This document shows positions 20,641-30,004 of a DNA stretch of 64,000 nt, in pieces. Each line of letters opens with the position of its first letter. Position 1 is the first letter of the stretch. The translations under genes were made by a program, and so were the position numbers. This DNA is from an uncultured delta proteobacterium. GTDB taxonomy: Bacteria > Myxococcota_A > Polyangia > Polyangiales > JAFGIB01. Below the pieces are notes generated by a model. The model was not told where the DNA came from. It made no database searches and worked only from the letters and a program-made list of their open reading frames with translations. The DNA is taken from assembly GCA_963778655.1 (NCBI GenBank), contig CAVZVA010000012.1:192001-256000 (forward strand). Reading direction: 5' to 3'.

Positions 20641-22107
20641 GTGAACGGCCAGGTGGCGGAGCGGACCATGCCGCGGGTCGGTGACGTGGTCGCCGGCAAG
20701 TACCGCATCGAGGAGATCATCGGCGAGGGCGGCATGGGGGCCGTGTTCGCCGCGACCCACACGCTGACCAGCAAGCGGGTCGCGCTGAAGTGGATGCTGC
20801 CCGAGCTGGCCACCGATCAGGCCGCGGTGCAGCGCTTCATGCGCGAGGCCCAGGCCGCGGGCCGCATCGATCATCCCAACGTGGTCGCGATCTTCGACGT
20901 GGGCGAGCACGAGGACTCGATGTTCCTCGTGATGGAGTACCTATACGGCGAGACCCTTACCGCCGCCGAGCGGCGCGGCGGGCTCGAGGCGCGCCAGGTC
21001 ATCCAGGTGCTGCTGCCTGCGATGCGCGGGGTTGCAGCCGCCCATGCCAAGGGCGTGGTGCACCGTGACCTCAAGCCGGACAACATCTTCCTGTGCCGTG
21101 GCCCCGACGGTTCGTTTCGCGAGCCGAAGGTGCTCGACTTCGGCATCTCCAAGGTGTCCTCGACCGGCGAAGGCCAGCCGATGAACCCGCGCCTGACTCG
21201 CACCGGCGCGGTCATGGGCACGCCCTACTACATGTCGCCCGAGCAGATACGGGGCTCTTCGGAGGTGGACGAGCGCACCGACGTGTACGCGTTCGGCGTG
21301 ATCTTGTACGAGGCGCTCACCGGGCACGTGCCGTTCGACGCCGACGCCTACAGCGCGCTGATCCTCGAGATTGCGACCGGCACGCCGACGCGACCTCGAG
21401 AGCTGCGCCCCGAGTTGCCGCAGGCGCTCGAGACAGTGGTGCTCAAGGCGATGGCGCGCGAGCCGGAGCAGCGTTACCAGAGCGTCGAGAGCCTGGCGCG
21501 CGCGCTCGAGCCGTTCGCCGAAGGCATGACCTTCCGGGTGGACCGCCCCGACCCCACCGGTCGCGCGCTCAGCGGCCTGGGAACGGCCGCCACGCCTTAC
21601 ACCTCGGAGATTCCGGCGGCGCCCATGAAGGTGCCGGTGCGGCGCGGCGCCGTGAGCATCGTGGTGGCGCTGGCGGTGCTGCTTCTGGGCGGCGGCGTCT
21701 GGGCCTACACGCACATGGGCGCGTCCGGGCCGGCGGCCAACGTGGTGCAGCCGGCGGTCGCGGCCGCGCCGCCAGCCTCGCCGGAGACGCCGGTTGGACC
21801 CGCGGCGGAGCCCCCTGGGCGCGCCGTCGCGAGCACGCCGGCGCTCGGTGCTCTGCCGCAGCACCCGGATGCGGGTGCGGTCAAGCTTGCGCCCAGAGTG
21901 GGTGCGTCCGAGGACCAGGAGGCGCCGGCCACGGCGGCGCGGCGGCCGGCCGAACAGCAGCCGGCGGCCCGGGCGGAGCGCGAGCACGGCCGGGCGCACG
22001 AGCGCGGGCGCACGCATCACCGCGCCGAGCCGGAGCCTTCCGCGCCGCCCCCGCAGCACCGTTCCCCCGCAGGCCGCACCGGCGAGATCAACGTCAACCA
22101 GTTCTGA
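20641..22107 (+). CDS. Membrane Ser/Thr protein kinase (Hanks type)
   Basis: GEGGMG, VALK, HRDLKPDN, DFG, GTPYYMSPEQ; TM helix and Pro/Ala-rich tail. Confidence 0.95.
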   Translation: MNGQVAERTMPRVGDVVAGKYRIEEIIGEGGMGAVFAATHTLTSKRVALKWMLPELATDQAAVQRFMREAQAAGRIDHPNVVAIFDVGEHEDSMFLVMEYLYGETLTAAERRGGLEARQVIQVLLPAMRGVAAAHAKGVVHRDLKPDNIFLCRGPDGSFREPKVLDFGISKVSSTGEGQPMNPRLTRTGAVMGTPYYMSPEQIRGSSEVDERTDVYAFGVILYEALTGHVPFDADAYSALILEIATGTPTRPRELRPELPQALETVVLKAMAREPEQRYQSVESLARALEPFAEGMTFRVDRPDPTGRALSGLGTAATPYTSEIPAAPMKVPVRRGAVSIVVALAVLLLGGGVWAYTHMGASGPAANVVQPAVAAAPPASPETPVGPAAEPPGRAVASTPALGALPQHPDAGAVKLAPRVGASEDQEAPATAARRPAEQQPAARAEREHGRAHERGRTHHRAEPEPSAPPPQHRSPAGRTGEINVNQF

Positions 22108-22136
22108 AATCTGACGCGGGCTCGAGCGCGGGGCGC

Positions 22137-22340
22137 TCAGCTGCGGCTGTGCCGGTCGTGCCGCAGGGCGGCGTCGAGCGCACCCATGGTCAGCAGCGGC
22201 AGCACCAGCGCGACCGGGACCAGCGCGTCCGCCCGGCCGGGCAGGGCCGCCGCCAATAGCAGCGGCACCGCCAGGGTGGCGGCGGACACGAGCGCCCCTA
22301 GCGTGCGGGGCGACGACGGGATGTGGTTGGGCAATCGCAT
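22137..22340 (-). CDS. Small two-helix membrane protein (hypothetical)
   Basis: 67 aa with two hydrophobic stretches; strong AAGGAGG RBS; TTGACA promoter upstream. Confidence 0.55.
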   Translation of the reverse strand: MRLPNHIPSSPRTLGALVSAATLAVPLLLAAALPGRADALVPVALVLPLLTMGALDAALRHDRHSRS

Positions 22341-22396
22341 GGCTTCCCTCCTTGGTGGCAGGGCGTCTCTTGAACGCCACTGGCCAATGCGTCATT

Positions 22397-22434
22397 TGTA
22401 ACTGTTACACTAAACACTGTGACGATTGTGTCAA
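22397..22434 (-). promoter_or_regulatory. Putative sigma70 promoter with overlapping palindromic operator
   Basis: Minus strand TTGACA-N16-TAGTGT; palindrome TGTAAC-T-GTTACA at 22397-22409; locally AT-rich. Confidence 0.5.
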
Positions 22435-22556
22435 GCCAAAACCGGCGGGAGCGGGCCCGGGCCGCCAAGGGCGTGCCGCAGCCTTTGCGGGGGGGGCCCT
22501 AACAGGCCGCGCACCCGACGCGCAGCACGCGCCCGGCCTCGCCGGACGGGCGCTCT

Positions 22557-23198
22557 CTACAGGCCGCGCACGGGCCGCAGGGCTCGGGGCTCCTTGAGCC
22601 CGGCGAGCCGGAACAGCGTCTGCCGGAACAGCCGGTTGGCTTGGGCTGGGCTGAGCTGCGGATCGTAGAACGAGCTACCCAGCAGGCCGAACAGGATTGC
22701 GAACGCGGCCTGGGCGGAATCTTCGGGGCTCGCCTCGGCCTCACCCGGAAGCTTGGCGAAGAGCTCCACGAACACGTCCTTGATGCGCCGATCGTGGGCC
22801 ACCTTGAGGCGGCGCATCGCCTTGTTCTGCACCGCCTGTCCGTAGAGGTCCAGCATCACGGCCTCGTCGGCCTTGCGCATGCCCTTGGTGCCCAGAAACA
22901 GATCGGCGATGGCGGAAATGCGATCGACCGGGTCGCAGTGATCGAGCTCGGCCATCGATTTCTCGATGCGCTTGGTGACGGCCTTGAAGAAGGCTTCGAG
23001 GATCGCCTCCTTGCCGGGGAAGTAGTAGAGCAGGTGGCTCGAGCTCATCCCGGCTTCCTCGGCGATGTCGCACAGGGTCGTGCCGGCGTACCCCTTCTTC
23101 GTCATGCAGCGATAGAGCGCCGCCACGATCTTGCCGCGGCGATCGCGGGCGCTGGTAGCTTCCGCCAGACTGATGGTTCGCGATGCCGTGAGTTCCAT
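22557..23198 (-). CDS. TetR/AcrR family transcriptional regulator
   Basis: KGYAGTTLCDIAEEAGMSSSHLLYYFPGKEAI helix-turn-helix. Confidence 0.93.
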   Translation of the reverse strand: MELTASRTISLAEATSARDRRGKIVAALYRCMTKKGYAGTTLCDIAEEAGMSSSHLLYYFPGKEAILEAFFKAVTKRIEKSMAELDHCDPVDRISAIADLFLGTKGMRKADEAVMLDLYGQAVQNKAMRRLKVAHDRRIKDVFVELFAKLPGEAEASPEDSAQAAFAILFGLLGSSFYDPQLSPAQANRLFRQTLFRLAGLKEPRALRPVRGL

Positions 23199-23258
23199 GG
23201 TTCTTTGCTTCTGGCAGGGGCCGTGCTGCGGCCGGGAGATCGGCCACTAGCATGATCG

Positions 23259-23338
23259 GTGCTAAGCCGCGCGCAACCGATATGTCAATGGTTTGTGCTG
23301 CACGTTTGCGTTGACACGCAAAGCACACGCTTTAGCAC
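23259..23338. promoter_or_regulatory. Divergent promoter region with palindrome TTTGCGT-TGAC-ACGCAAA
   Basis: TTGACA on both strands, each followed 16-18 nt later by TAGCAC; the palindrome at 23305-23322 overlaps the plus-strand -35. Confidence 0.4.
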
Positions 23339-23429
23339 TGCGCATGCCGAACTTGGGTTAGGCTGGCGATCGACGGCTGGGGTTGTGCGGGCGCCTGCGC
23401 GTCGACCTACACTGGCCGCGGAGCGTGGC

Positions 23430-23984
23430 GTGCAACGGCCCGAGCTGAGCGACGAGGAGTTGATGGCCGCGTACGTGGCCGGCGACGCCTCTGCTTTTCG
23501 GGTGCTGTTCGACCGCTACGCGGTGGTGCTCTACCGCATGGTGCGGCGCAGGCTCGGCAGCGACGAGGACGCCCGCGATATCGTGCAGCAGACGCTGCTG
23601 CAGATGCACCGCGCCCGCCACGACTTTCGCCGCGATTCGCGCTTGCGGCCGTGGCTCTTCACCATCGCTATGAACCTCGTGCGCGAGCACTACCGCAGGC
23701 AAGGCCGCAGGCGCGAGCAGTCCCTGGAAGCGAACGCGCCCGAGGTTGCACGCCAGCGCGAAGCGCCGGCCACGCCGGCCGTGGACGGCGAACGGCTGCA
23801 GCGCGTGCGCGCGGCCCTGGCGAGCCTGCCCGAGCAGCAGCGGGAGGTGATCGAGCTGCACTGGTTCGAAGACAGCCCCTACGAAGAAATCGCCCGCATC
23901 GTCGGCGCCAGCGTCGCCGCAGTGCGGGTGCGCGCGCACCGCGGCTACGAGCGCCTGCGCAAGATCCTGCCCGACCATGAGTGA
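23430..23984 (+). CDS. ECF RNA polymerase sigma factor
   Basis: SDEELM..GDASAFRVLFDRY, DIVQQTLL, WLFTIAMN; region 4 LPEQQREVIEL..YEEIA..VRVRAHRG. Confidence 0.93.
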   Translation: MQRPELSDEELMAAYVAGDASAFRVLFDRYAVVLYRMVRRRLGSDEDARDIVQQTLLQMHRARHDFRRDSRLRPWLFTIAMNLVREHYRRQGRRREQSLEANAPEVARQREAPATPAVDGERLQRVRAALASLPEQQREVIELHWFEDSPYEEIARIVGASVAAVRVRAHRGYERLRKILPDHE

Positions 23985-24030
23985 AACCATGGCCGCCGCT
24001 GTCGCCCAAGCCCGCCCCTGTGACCGAAGC

Positions 24031-24058
24031 TGTAACTTCGGGGCCGGCCGCCGCCGTA
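24031..24058 (+). promoter_or_regulatory. Putative ECF promoter (GTAAC...CGTA) for the anti-sigma gene
   Basis: TGTAACT-N17-CGTA between the sigma and NrsF-like genes. Confidence 0.45.
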
Positions 24059-24064
24059 GGTCAT

Positions 24065-24235
24065 CTAGAGCACCGAACATGTTGAAACACGCACGATTTC
24101 GGGGCCCTCGCGGGCGCATGGCACGCGCGCTCCCCGCTCGACGTAGGATGGACTACGCCTTCGGGCTCCCGCCCGCACCCTGCATCCCGCCATGACCCCG
24201 ACTTCGCACACGTTTCAATATGTTCGGTGCTCTAG
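24065..24235. mobile_element. 171-bp MITE, family B, copy 1
   Basis: TIR CTAGAGCACCGAACAT(G/A)TTGAAAC at both ends, bounded by CTAG; inverted near-identical copy at 43538-43708. Confidence 0.9.
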
Positions 24236-24274
24236 GAGTCACTTGCGCCCTGCACTCGGAGCCGAAGGACGAGC

Positions 24275-25033
24275 ATGACGAGCAGCGGCAGCAACGGCGG
24301 TGGGCGGTCGGCCGGTGTGGACGCGCCGGGCGAGGCGCTGCACAGCCAGCTCTCGCGCTTGGCGGCCCACTCCGAGGCATCGAGCGCCGACCTCGAGGCG
24401 CTGTTCGCGCAGCTGCAGCGGGCGGTCGGAGCAGAGCGCGGCCCGCGGGCGCGCCTGCGCGCACTGCCGACGTGGCTGCGCGTGGGCCTGGTGCTGGCCG
24501 TGGCGGGCGCGCTCGGCGCGCTCGCGGCCGGGCGCTTCATGCGCCCCGACATCACGGCGTATCCGGCCGGGCGCATGGCGCTGGCGCTGATCTCGATCGG
24601 CGCGTTGCTGGCAGCCAGCCTGTGGCTCGCGCTGCGTCCGCTGCAGCTCGCGTCTGTTGCGCCCTGGGTTCCGGCGACTGCCGCGCTCGGCTCGTTGCTG
24701 TGGCTGGGTGCGCTCTATCTGTTGCCGCCCGTGCACGAAGCCACCGGCTGGTCGCGCAATCCCGCGGGGCTGGGACCGACGCTGGCACGCGCGCTGCCGT
24801 GCATGGTGATCGGCCTGGGGCTTTCGCTGCCGTTCCTGCTGTTGTTGCGTGCGCTCGACCGTGGCGGCACCCGGCGTCCCTTGCTGATGGCGGCAGCGGC
24901 CGGCTTGCTCGCGAACTTCGTGCTCCAGCTCGCTTGCCCGGTCACCGCGCCGGTGCACATGCTGCTCGGGCACATGGGCGTGGCCGTGCTGTTGCTGGCG
25001 GGCGCGGCGGCGCTCGGCGGAGGCCAGCCGTGA
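24275..25033 (+). CDS. NrsF/DUF1109-like membrane anti-sigma factor
   Basis: About six TM helices, a Cys in LPCM and a C-terminal LACP...HMLLGH; follows the ECF sigma gene. Confidence 0.75.
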   Translation: MTSSGSNGGGRSAGVDAPGEALHSQLSRLAAHSEASSADLEALFAQLQRAVGAERGPRARLRALPTWLRVGLVLAVAGALGALAAGRFMRPDITAYPAGRMALALISIGALLAASLWLALRPLQLASVAPWVPATAALGSLLWLGALYLLPPVHEATGWSRNPAGLGPTLARALPCMVIGLGLSLPFLLLLRALDRGGTRRPLLMAAAAGLLANFVLQLACPVTAPVHMLLGHMGVAVLLLAGAAALGGGQP

Positions 25034-25326
25034 AGCGGCGGCTGCTCGACCAAACCGAGATAGAGCGCGCGCTGCAGTCGCTGCCGGGCTGGAGCCTGGC
25101 GGACGGAAAGCTCCACCGCGAGATGCGTTTCGCGGACTTCGTGGAGGCCTTCGCATTCATGAGCGCGATGGCGCTGGTCTCCGAATCGATGAACCACCAT
25201 CCGGAGTGGCTGAACGTCTACGGGCGACTGGTGATCGACCTCAGCACGCACGACGCTGGCGGCGTCACCGAGCTCGACCTGCAGTGGGCACGACGGGCCG
25301 AGGCGTTGCGCCGCGTACCGGGCTGA
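25030..25326 (+). CDS. phhB: Pterin-4-alpha-carbinolamine dehydratase
   Basis: LPGW, FADFVEAFAFM, NHHPEWLNVY, STHDAGGVTELD; GTGA overlap with the upstream gene. Confidence 0.9.
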   Translation: MKRRLLDQTEIERALQSLPGWSLADGKLHREMRFADFVEAFAFMSAMALVSESMNHHPEWLNVYGRLVIDLSTHDAGGVTELDLQWARRAEALRRVPG

Positions 25327-25345
25327 GGGCTAGGGGTTCACTAGA

Positions 25346-26527
25346 TCAGGCCGGCGCGGGCTGCGCGCCCGGCAGCAGCGCCGGCGCCCGGTCGGATTGC
25401 GGCAGCGGACCTCCGCCCTCGCGGAAGGGACCCAGCCGCTTGCGCTTGAGCTCGGCGGTGGCGAGCTCGCGATAGCGTTGATTGCGCATCATCGCCAGCA
25501 CCACCGTCCCGTAGTAGCCGGCCGGCATCTTGGGGCTTTGCTCGAAGCGGCGCAGCAGCTGGTAGGGGCGCGAGGCGCGCGCGTGGTGGTCGGAGTGCCG
25601 CGACAGGCCGACCAGCGTGTGCAGCGTGAACCAGTTGTCGGTGTCCCAGGAATCCAGACTGGTCACCGTCCTGCCCGCCCGCAGCAGCCCCCAGTGCTCG
25701 ATGTAGTTGACGACCTCGAGCAGCATGAAGGCCATGCGCGCCTGCGCCAGGAAGAACACGGCCGCGATCCAGCCGAACACGAATAGATAGGTGAGGGTGA
25801 TCGCGATCTCAGCCAGCACGCCCTGCAGCACGCGGTGGCGCAGCATGCGCCGGTCGAACAAGCCCATGTGCGGGTCGCCCAGGCGCGTCTTCTCCAGGCG
25901 CCAGGCGCTGCGGAACTGCGCGGGCACGGTGCGCATGAAGAACTGATGGAAGGTCTCGCCGAAGCGCGCCGTAGCGGGATCCGCCAGCGTGCCTACGCGC
26001 GGGTGGTGTCCGCGCACGTGCTCGGTCGCGAAGTGCTCGTAGCACACGAACATCAGCAGCAGCCTGCCCAGGAAGAACTGCAGGCGGTTGCGCCGGTGCA
26101 CCAGCTCGTGGGCGAGCACGATGCCGGAGTAGCCCGCGGTCACGCCGCTGATCGCTTGCATCGCGACGAAGTCGGCCAGCGTTTGCCCGAGCCTGGGCAG
26201 CGGCCAGATCGCGAGCTTGGACGCCATCACGCCGAGCAGCACGAAGTTGGCCAGCTGCAGCGCGACCAGCAGGTACACCTGCAGGTCGAAGGGCCAGCGC
26301 GGCGCGCCCTCGGCCGGCTGGCGCAGGTCGGGCGGCGCGCGGTTGTCGACCATCACCAGCACCCAGATCGGCAAGCCCCACAGCAGCGCGATCCACCAGC
26401 GGTGCGGGCCGGTGATCAGGAACACCAGGTTCAGCAGCGGCAAAAAGAAGGCCCACAGGTGCACGAACCAGGCTCGGGTGGGGCTCATTTCCGCTTCAAG
26501 CTCGGCCGTTGGTGCGAGCGCTGGCAT
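25346..26527 (-). CDS. alkB: AlkB-like membrane di-iron alkane 1-monooxygenase
   Basis: His boxes HELVH, EHVRGHH, NYIEHWGL and LSRHSDHH; DPATARFGE; SPKMPAGY; GGAGG RBS before the ATG at 26527. Confidence 0.87.
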   Translation of the reverse strand: MPALAPTAELEAEMSPTRAWFVHLWAFFLPLLNLVFLITGPHRWWIALLWGLPIWVLVMVDNRAPPDLRQPAEGAPRWPFDLQVYLLVALQLANFVLLGVMASKLAIWPLPRLGQTLADFVAMQAISGVTAGYSGIVLAHELVHRRNRLQFFLGRLLLMFVCYEHFATEHVRGHHPRVGTLADPATARFGETFHQFFMRTVPAQFRSAWRLEKTRLGDPHMGLFDRRMLRHRVLQGVLAEIAITLTYLFVFGWIAAVFFLAQARMAFMLLEVVNYIEHWGLLRAGRTVTSLDSWDTDNWFTLHTLVGLSRHSDHHARASRPYQLLRRFEQSPKMPAGYYGTVVLAMMRNQRYRELATAELKRKRLGPFREGGGPLPQSDRAPALLPGAQPAPA

Positions 26528-26588
26528 GCTGCCTCCAAGCATCTGAACGCACGGGCAGATGGCCCGTGGCTCAGCCACCAGCACACTG

Positions 26589-26614
26589 TTTAGCATACGC
26601 ATTCGTATGTCAAA
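26589..26614. promoter_or_regulatory. Palindromic operator overlapping the alkB -35
   Basis: CATACG-CATT-CGTATG at 26594-26609; adjacent minus-strand TTGACA; between divergent alkB and ferredoxin. Confidence 0.5.
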
Positions 26615-26697
26615 TCCAAAAGCGCACGCCGCAGCGGCGCGCCCCGTGCTATGGCTGCAGCCGTCCGGCCCCGTTCGTCCGCACCAGGAGAGCGCGA

Positions 26698-26889
26698 ATG
26701 AAGGTTGTCGTCGATTTCGAGATCTGCCAGAGCCACGGCCTGTGCACGCAAGCCGCCCCCGAGGTCTTCGAGCTCCGGGATGACGGCTTTCTCTACATCC
26801 TGAATGAGCACCCGCCGGAGGCGTTGCGCGGCAAGGTGCAGACCGCGCTGCGCGAATGCCCGACCGGCGCGATCAAGATCGAGGACTAG
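26698..26889 (+). CDS. Single-cluster ferredoxin (CxxHxxC...CP)
   Basis: MKVVVDFEICQSHGLC..APEVF...ECPTGAI; AGGAG RBS. Confidence 0.92.
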   Translation: MKVVVDFEICQSHGLCTQAAPEVFELRDDGFLYILNEHPPEALRGKVQTALRECPTGAIKIED

Positions 26890-26896
26890 AGGTCAG

Positions 26897-27125
26897 GGGC
26901 CACATGGGAGCGAAGCGAGCCCCGGGGGCGGGTGGGGCCCCAACGGCTTTGCCGGTGGGGCGGGAGGGGCGCGTGCCCCTCCCGATCACAGGAGAAGCGA
27001 GAGCCATGGCCAGCAAGCTCGATCAGCGTTCGGGCCACATGGGAGCGAAGCGAGCCCCGGGGGCGGGTGGGGCCCCAACGGCTTTGCCGGTGGGGCGGGA
27101 GGGGCGCGTGCCCCTCCCGATCACA
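26897..27125. repeat. Two identical 94-bp family-C multi-hairpin units separated by 41 bp
   Basis: 26897-26990 equals 27032-27125 (GGGCCACATGGGAGCGAAGCGAGCCCC...CCCCTCCCGATCACA). Confidence 0.9.
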
Positions 27126-27139
27126 AGCCAACCCAGGAG

Positions 27140-27180
27140 GCATCGGATCGGAAATCCGGGAAGGATTTCCGATCCGATGC
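27140..27180. repeat. Perfect 18-bp-stem hairpin
   Basis: GCATCGGATCGGAAATCC-GGGAA-GGATTTCCGATCCGATGC. Confidence 0.8.
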
Positions 27181-27184
27181 ACTA

Positions 27185-28396
27185 GTGCTGCGCCGCGTCG
27201 TCGTGGTGGGGGCCTCGCTCGGCGGTCTGCGCGCTGCCGAGGCGCTGCGCCGGCGAGGCTACGGCGGCGAGCTGCTGCTGGTCGGCGAGGAGGCGCACGC
27301 GCCCTATGATCGACCGCCGCTCTCCAAGCAGCTGCTGCGCGGCGAATGGCCGGCCGAGCGCGTGCGCCTGCGCGCCGAGCAGGATCTGGCCGCGCTGCAG
27401 CTCGAGCTGCGGCTCGGCACGCGCGTGGAGCGGCTCGACGCCGCGCGCAAGCGACTGCTCCTGCAGGGCGGCGGCGAGATCGGCTATGACGGCCTGGTGA
27501 TCGCCACCGGTGCGAGCCCGCGCAGCTTGCCCGGCGTGCCGCCGCTCGCCGGCGTTCACGTGCTGCGCACACTCGACGATGCGCTGGCGATCCGGCGGGT
27601 GCTCACGCAGGGCAGCCCACGCGTGTGCGTGGCCGGCGCGGGGTTCATCGGCCTCGAGGTCGCTGCCTCCTGCCGTGCGCTCGGGCTCGAGGTGAGCGCG
27701 GTCGAGCCGCTGGCGCTGCCGCTGCAGACCAGAGTCGGCGCCGCGATGGCCGCGCTGGTGGCCGCGCTGCACCGCGACCACGGCGTGGCGTTGCACTGCG
27801 GCGCCGGCGTGAGCGCGCTCGAGGGCGGCGCGCGCGTGGAGCGCGTGCGGTTGAGCGACGGCAGCGTGCTGCCTGCCGACCTAGTGGTAGTGGGCGTCGG
27901 TGTGCGTCCGGCGATCGAATGGTTGCAGGGCTCGGGCATCGCGCTCGGCGACGGCGTGCTGTGCGATGCGAGCTGTGCTACCTCGCTGCCCGACGTGGTC
28001 GCGGCTGGAGATGTCGCGCGCTGGCACGATGCGCGCCTGGGCGAGAGCCTGCGGATCGAGCACTGGAGTCAGGCCGGTGAGATGGCCGAGCACGCCGCCG
28101 CTCGCCTGCTGGCCGGCCCGGAGGGCGCCGCGGCGTTCACGCCGGTGCCGTACTTCTGGTCCGATCAATACGACGTGAAGATCCAGGTCGCGGGCTGGCT
28201 GCGTCCCGGCGATACGATGGAGCTGGTCGAAGGCTCGGTCGAGGCGCGCAAGCTGGTCGCGCTGTTCGGCCGCGCGGGGCGGCTGCGCGCGGTGCTCGCG
28301 CTCAATCGGCCGGCGCAGCTGGTGCGCTACCGGCGCCTGCTCGCGGGCGACACCGGCTTCGAGGCCGCGATCGCCCAGGCGCGGGCCCAGGGCTGA
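27185..28396 (+). CDS. FAD-dependent ferredoxin reductase
   Basis: VVVVGASLGG, PYDRPPLSK, VIATG, GAGFIGLE, AAGD, PYFWSDQY; GTG start at 27185. Confidence 0.92.
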   Translation: MLRRVVVVGASLGGLRAAEALRRRGYGGELLLVGEEAHAPYDRPPLSKQLLRGEWPAERVRLRAEQDLAALQLELRLGTRVERLDAARKRLLLQGGGEIGYDGLVIATGASPRSLPGVPPLAGVHVLRTLDDALAIRRVLTQGSPRVCVAGAGFIGLEVAASCRALGLEVSAVEPLALPLQTRVGAAMAALVAALHRDHGVALHCGAGVSALEGGARVERVRLSDGSVLPADLVVVGVGVRPAIEWLQGSGIALGDGVLCDASCATSLPDVVAAGDVARWHDARLGESLRIEHWSQAGEMAEHAAARLLAGPEGAAAFTPVPYFWSDQYDVKIQVAGWLRPGDTMELVEGSVEARKLVALFGRAGRLRAVLALNRPAQLVRYRRLLAGDTGFEAAIAQARAQG

Positions 28397-28434
28397 GCCC
28401 GCCCCGCTCTTGCCGCGAGCATGCTGCCTGGAGA

Positions 28435-28512
28435 AATACGACCGGAAGGCGGGAAGACGAGAAGGACGGCGGATGAATTCGAGCTTCCAGCCTTCCGTCT
28501 GGCTGTGAATCC
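28435..28512. repeat. REP-like palindrome, family D
   Basis: CCGGAAGGCGGGAAGACGAGAAG...CTTCCAGCCTTCCGTCTGGCTGTG. Confidence 0.55.
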
Positions 28513-28614
28513 ACTGTTCCCGGCGCACCGCCGCTTCCGGCCGGGCGCCGAACTCGACAACCCAGCGGCGATCGACTACCACGATCGGCGCCCTTCGCCC
28601 GGCAAGGAGCGCGC

Positions 28615-29958
<1,344 letters not shown>

Positions 29959-30004
29959 CGCTGCGCTGCCACGCGCGCGCTCGGTCTTCCCGCTTTCTGT
30001 TGTC

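Noticed and set aside
26804..27184. Long N-terminal extension of the ferredoxin reductase with a duplicated peptide
   Set aside because: It is a translation of the two family-C DNA repeats and overlaps the ferredoxin gene; the real domain starts at about 27185.
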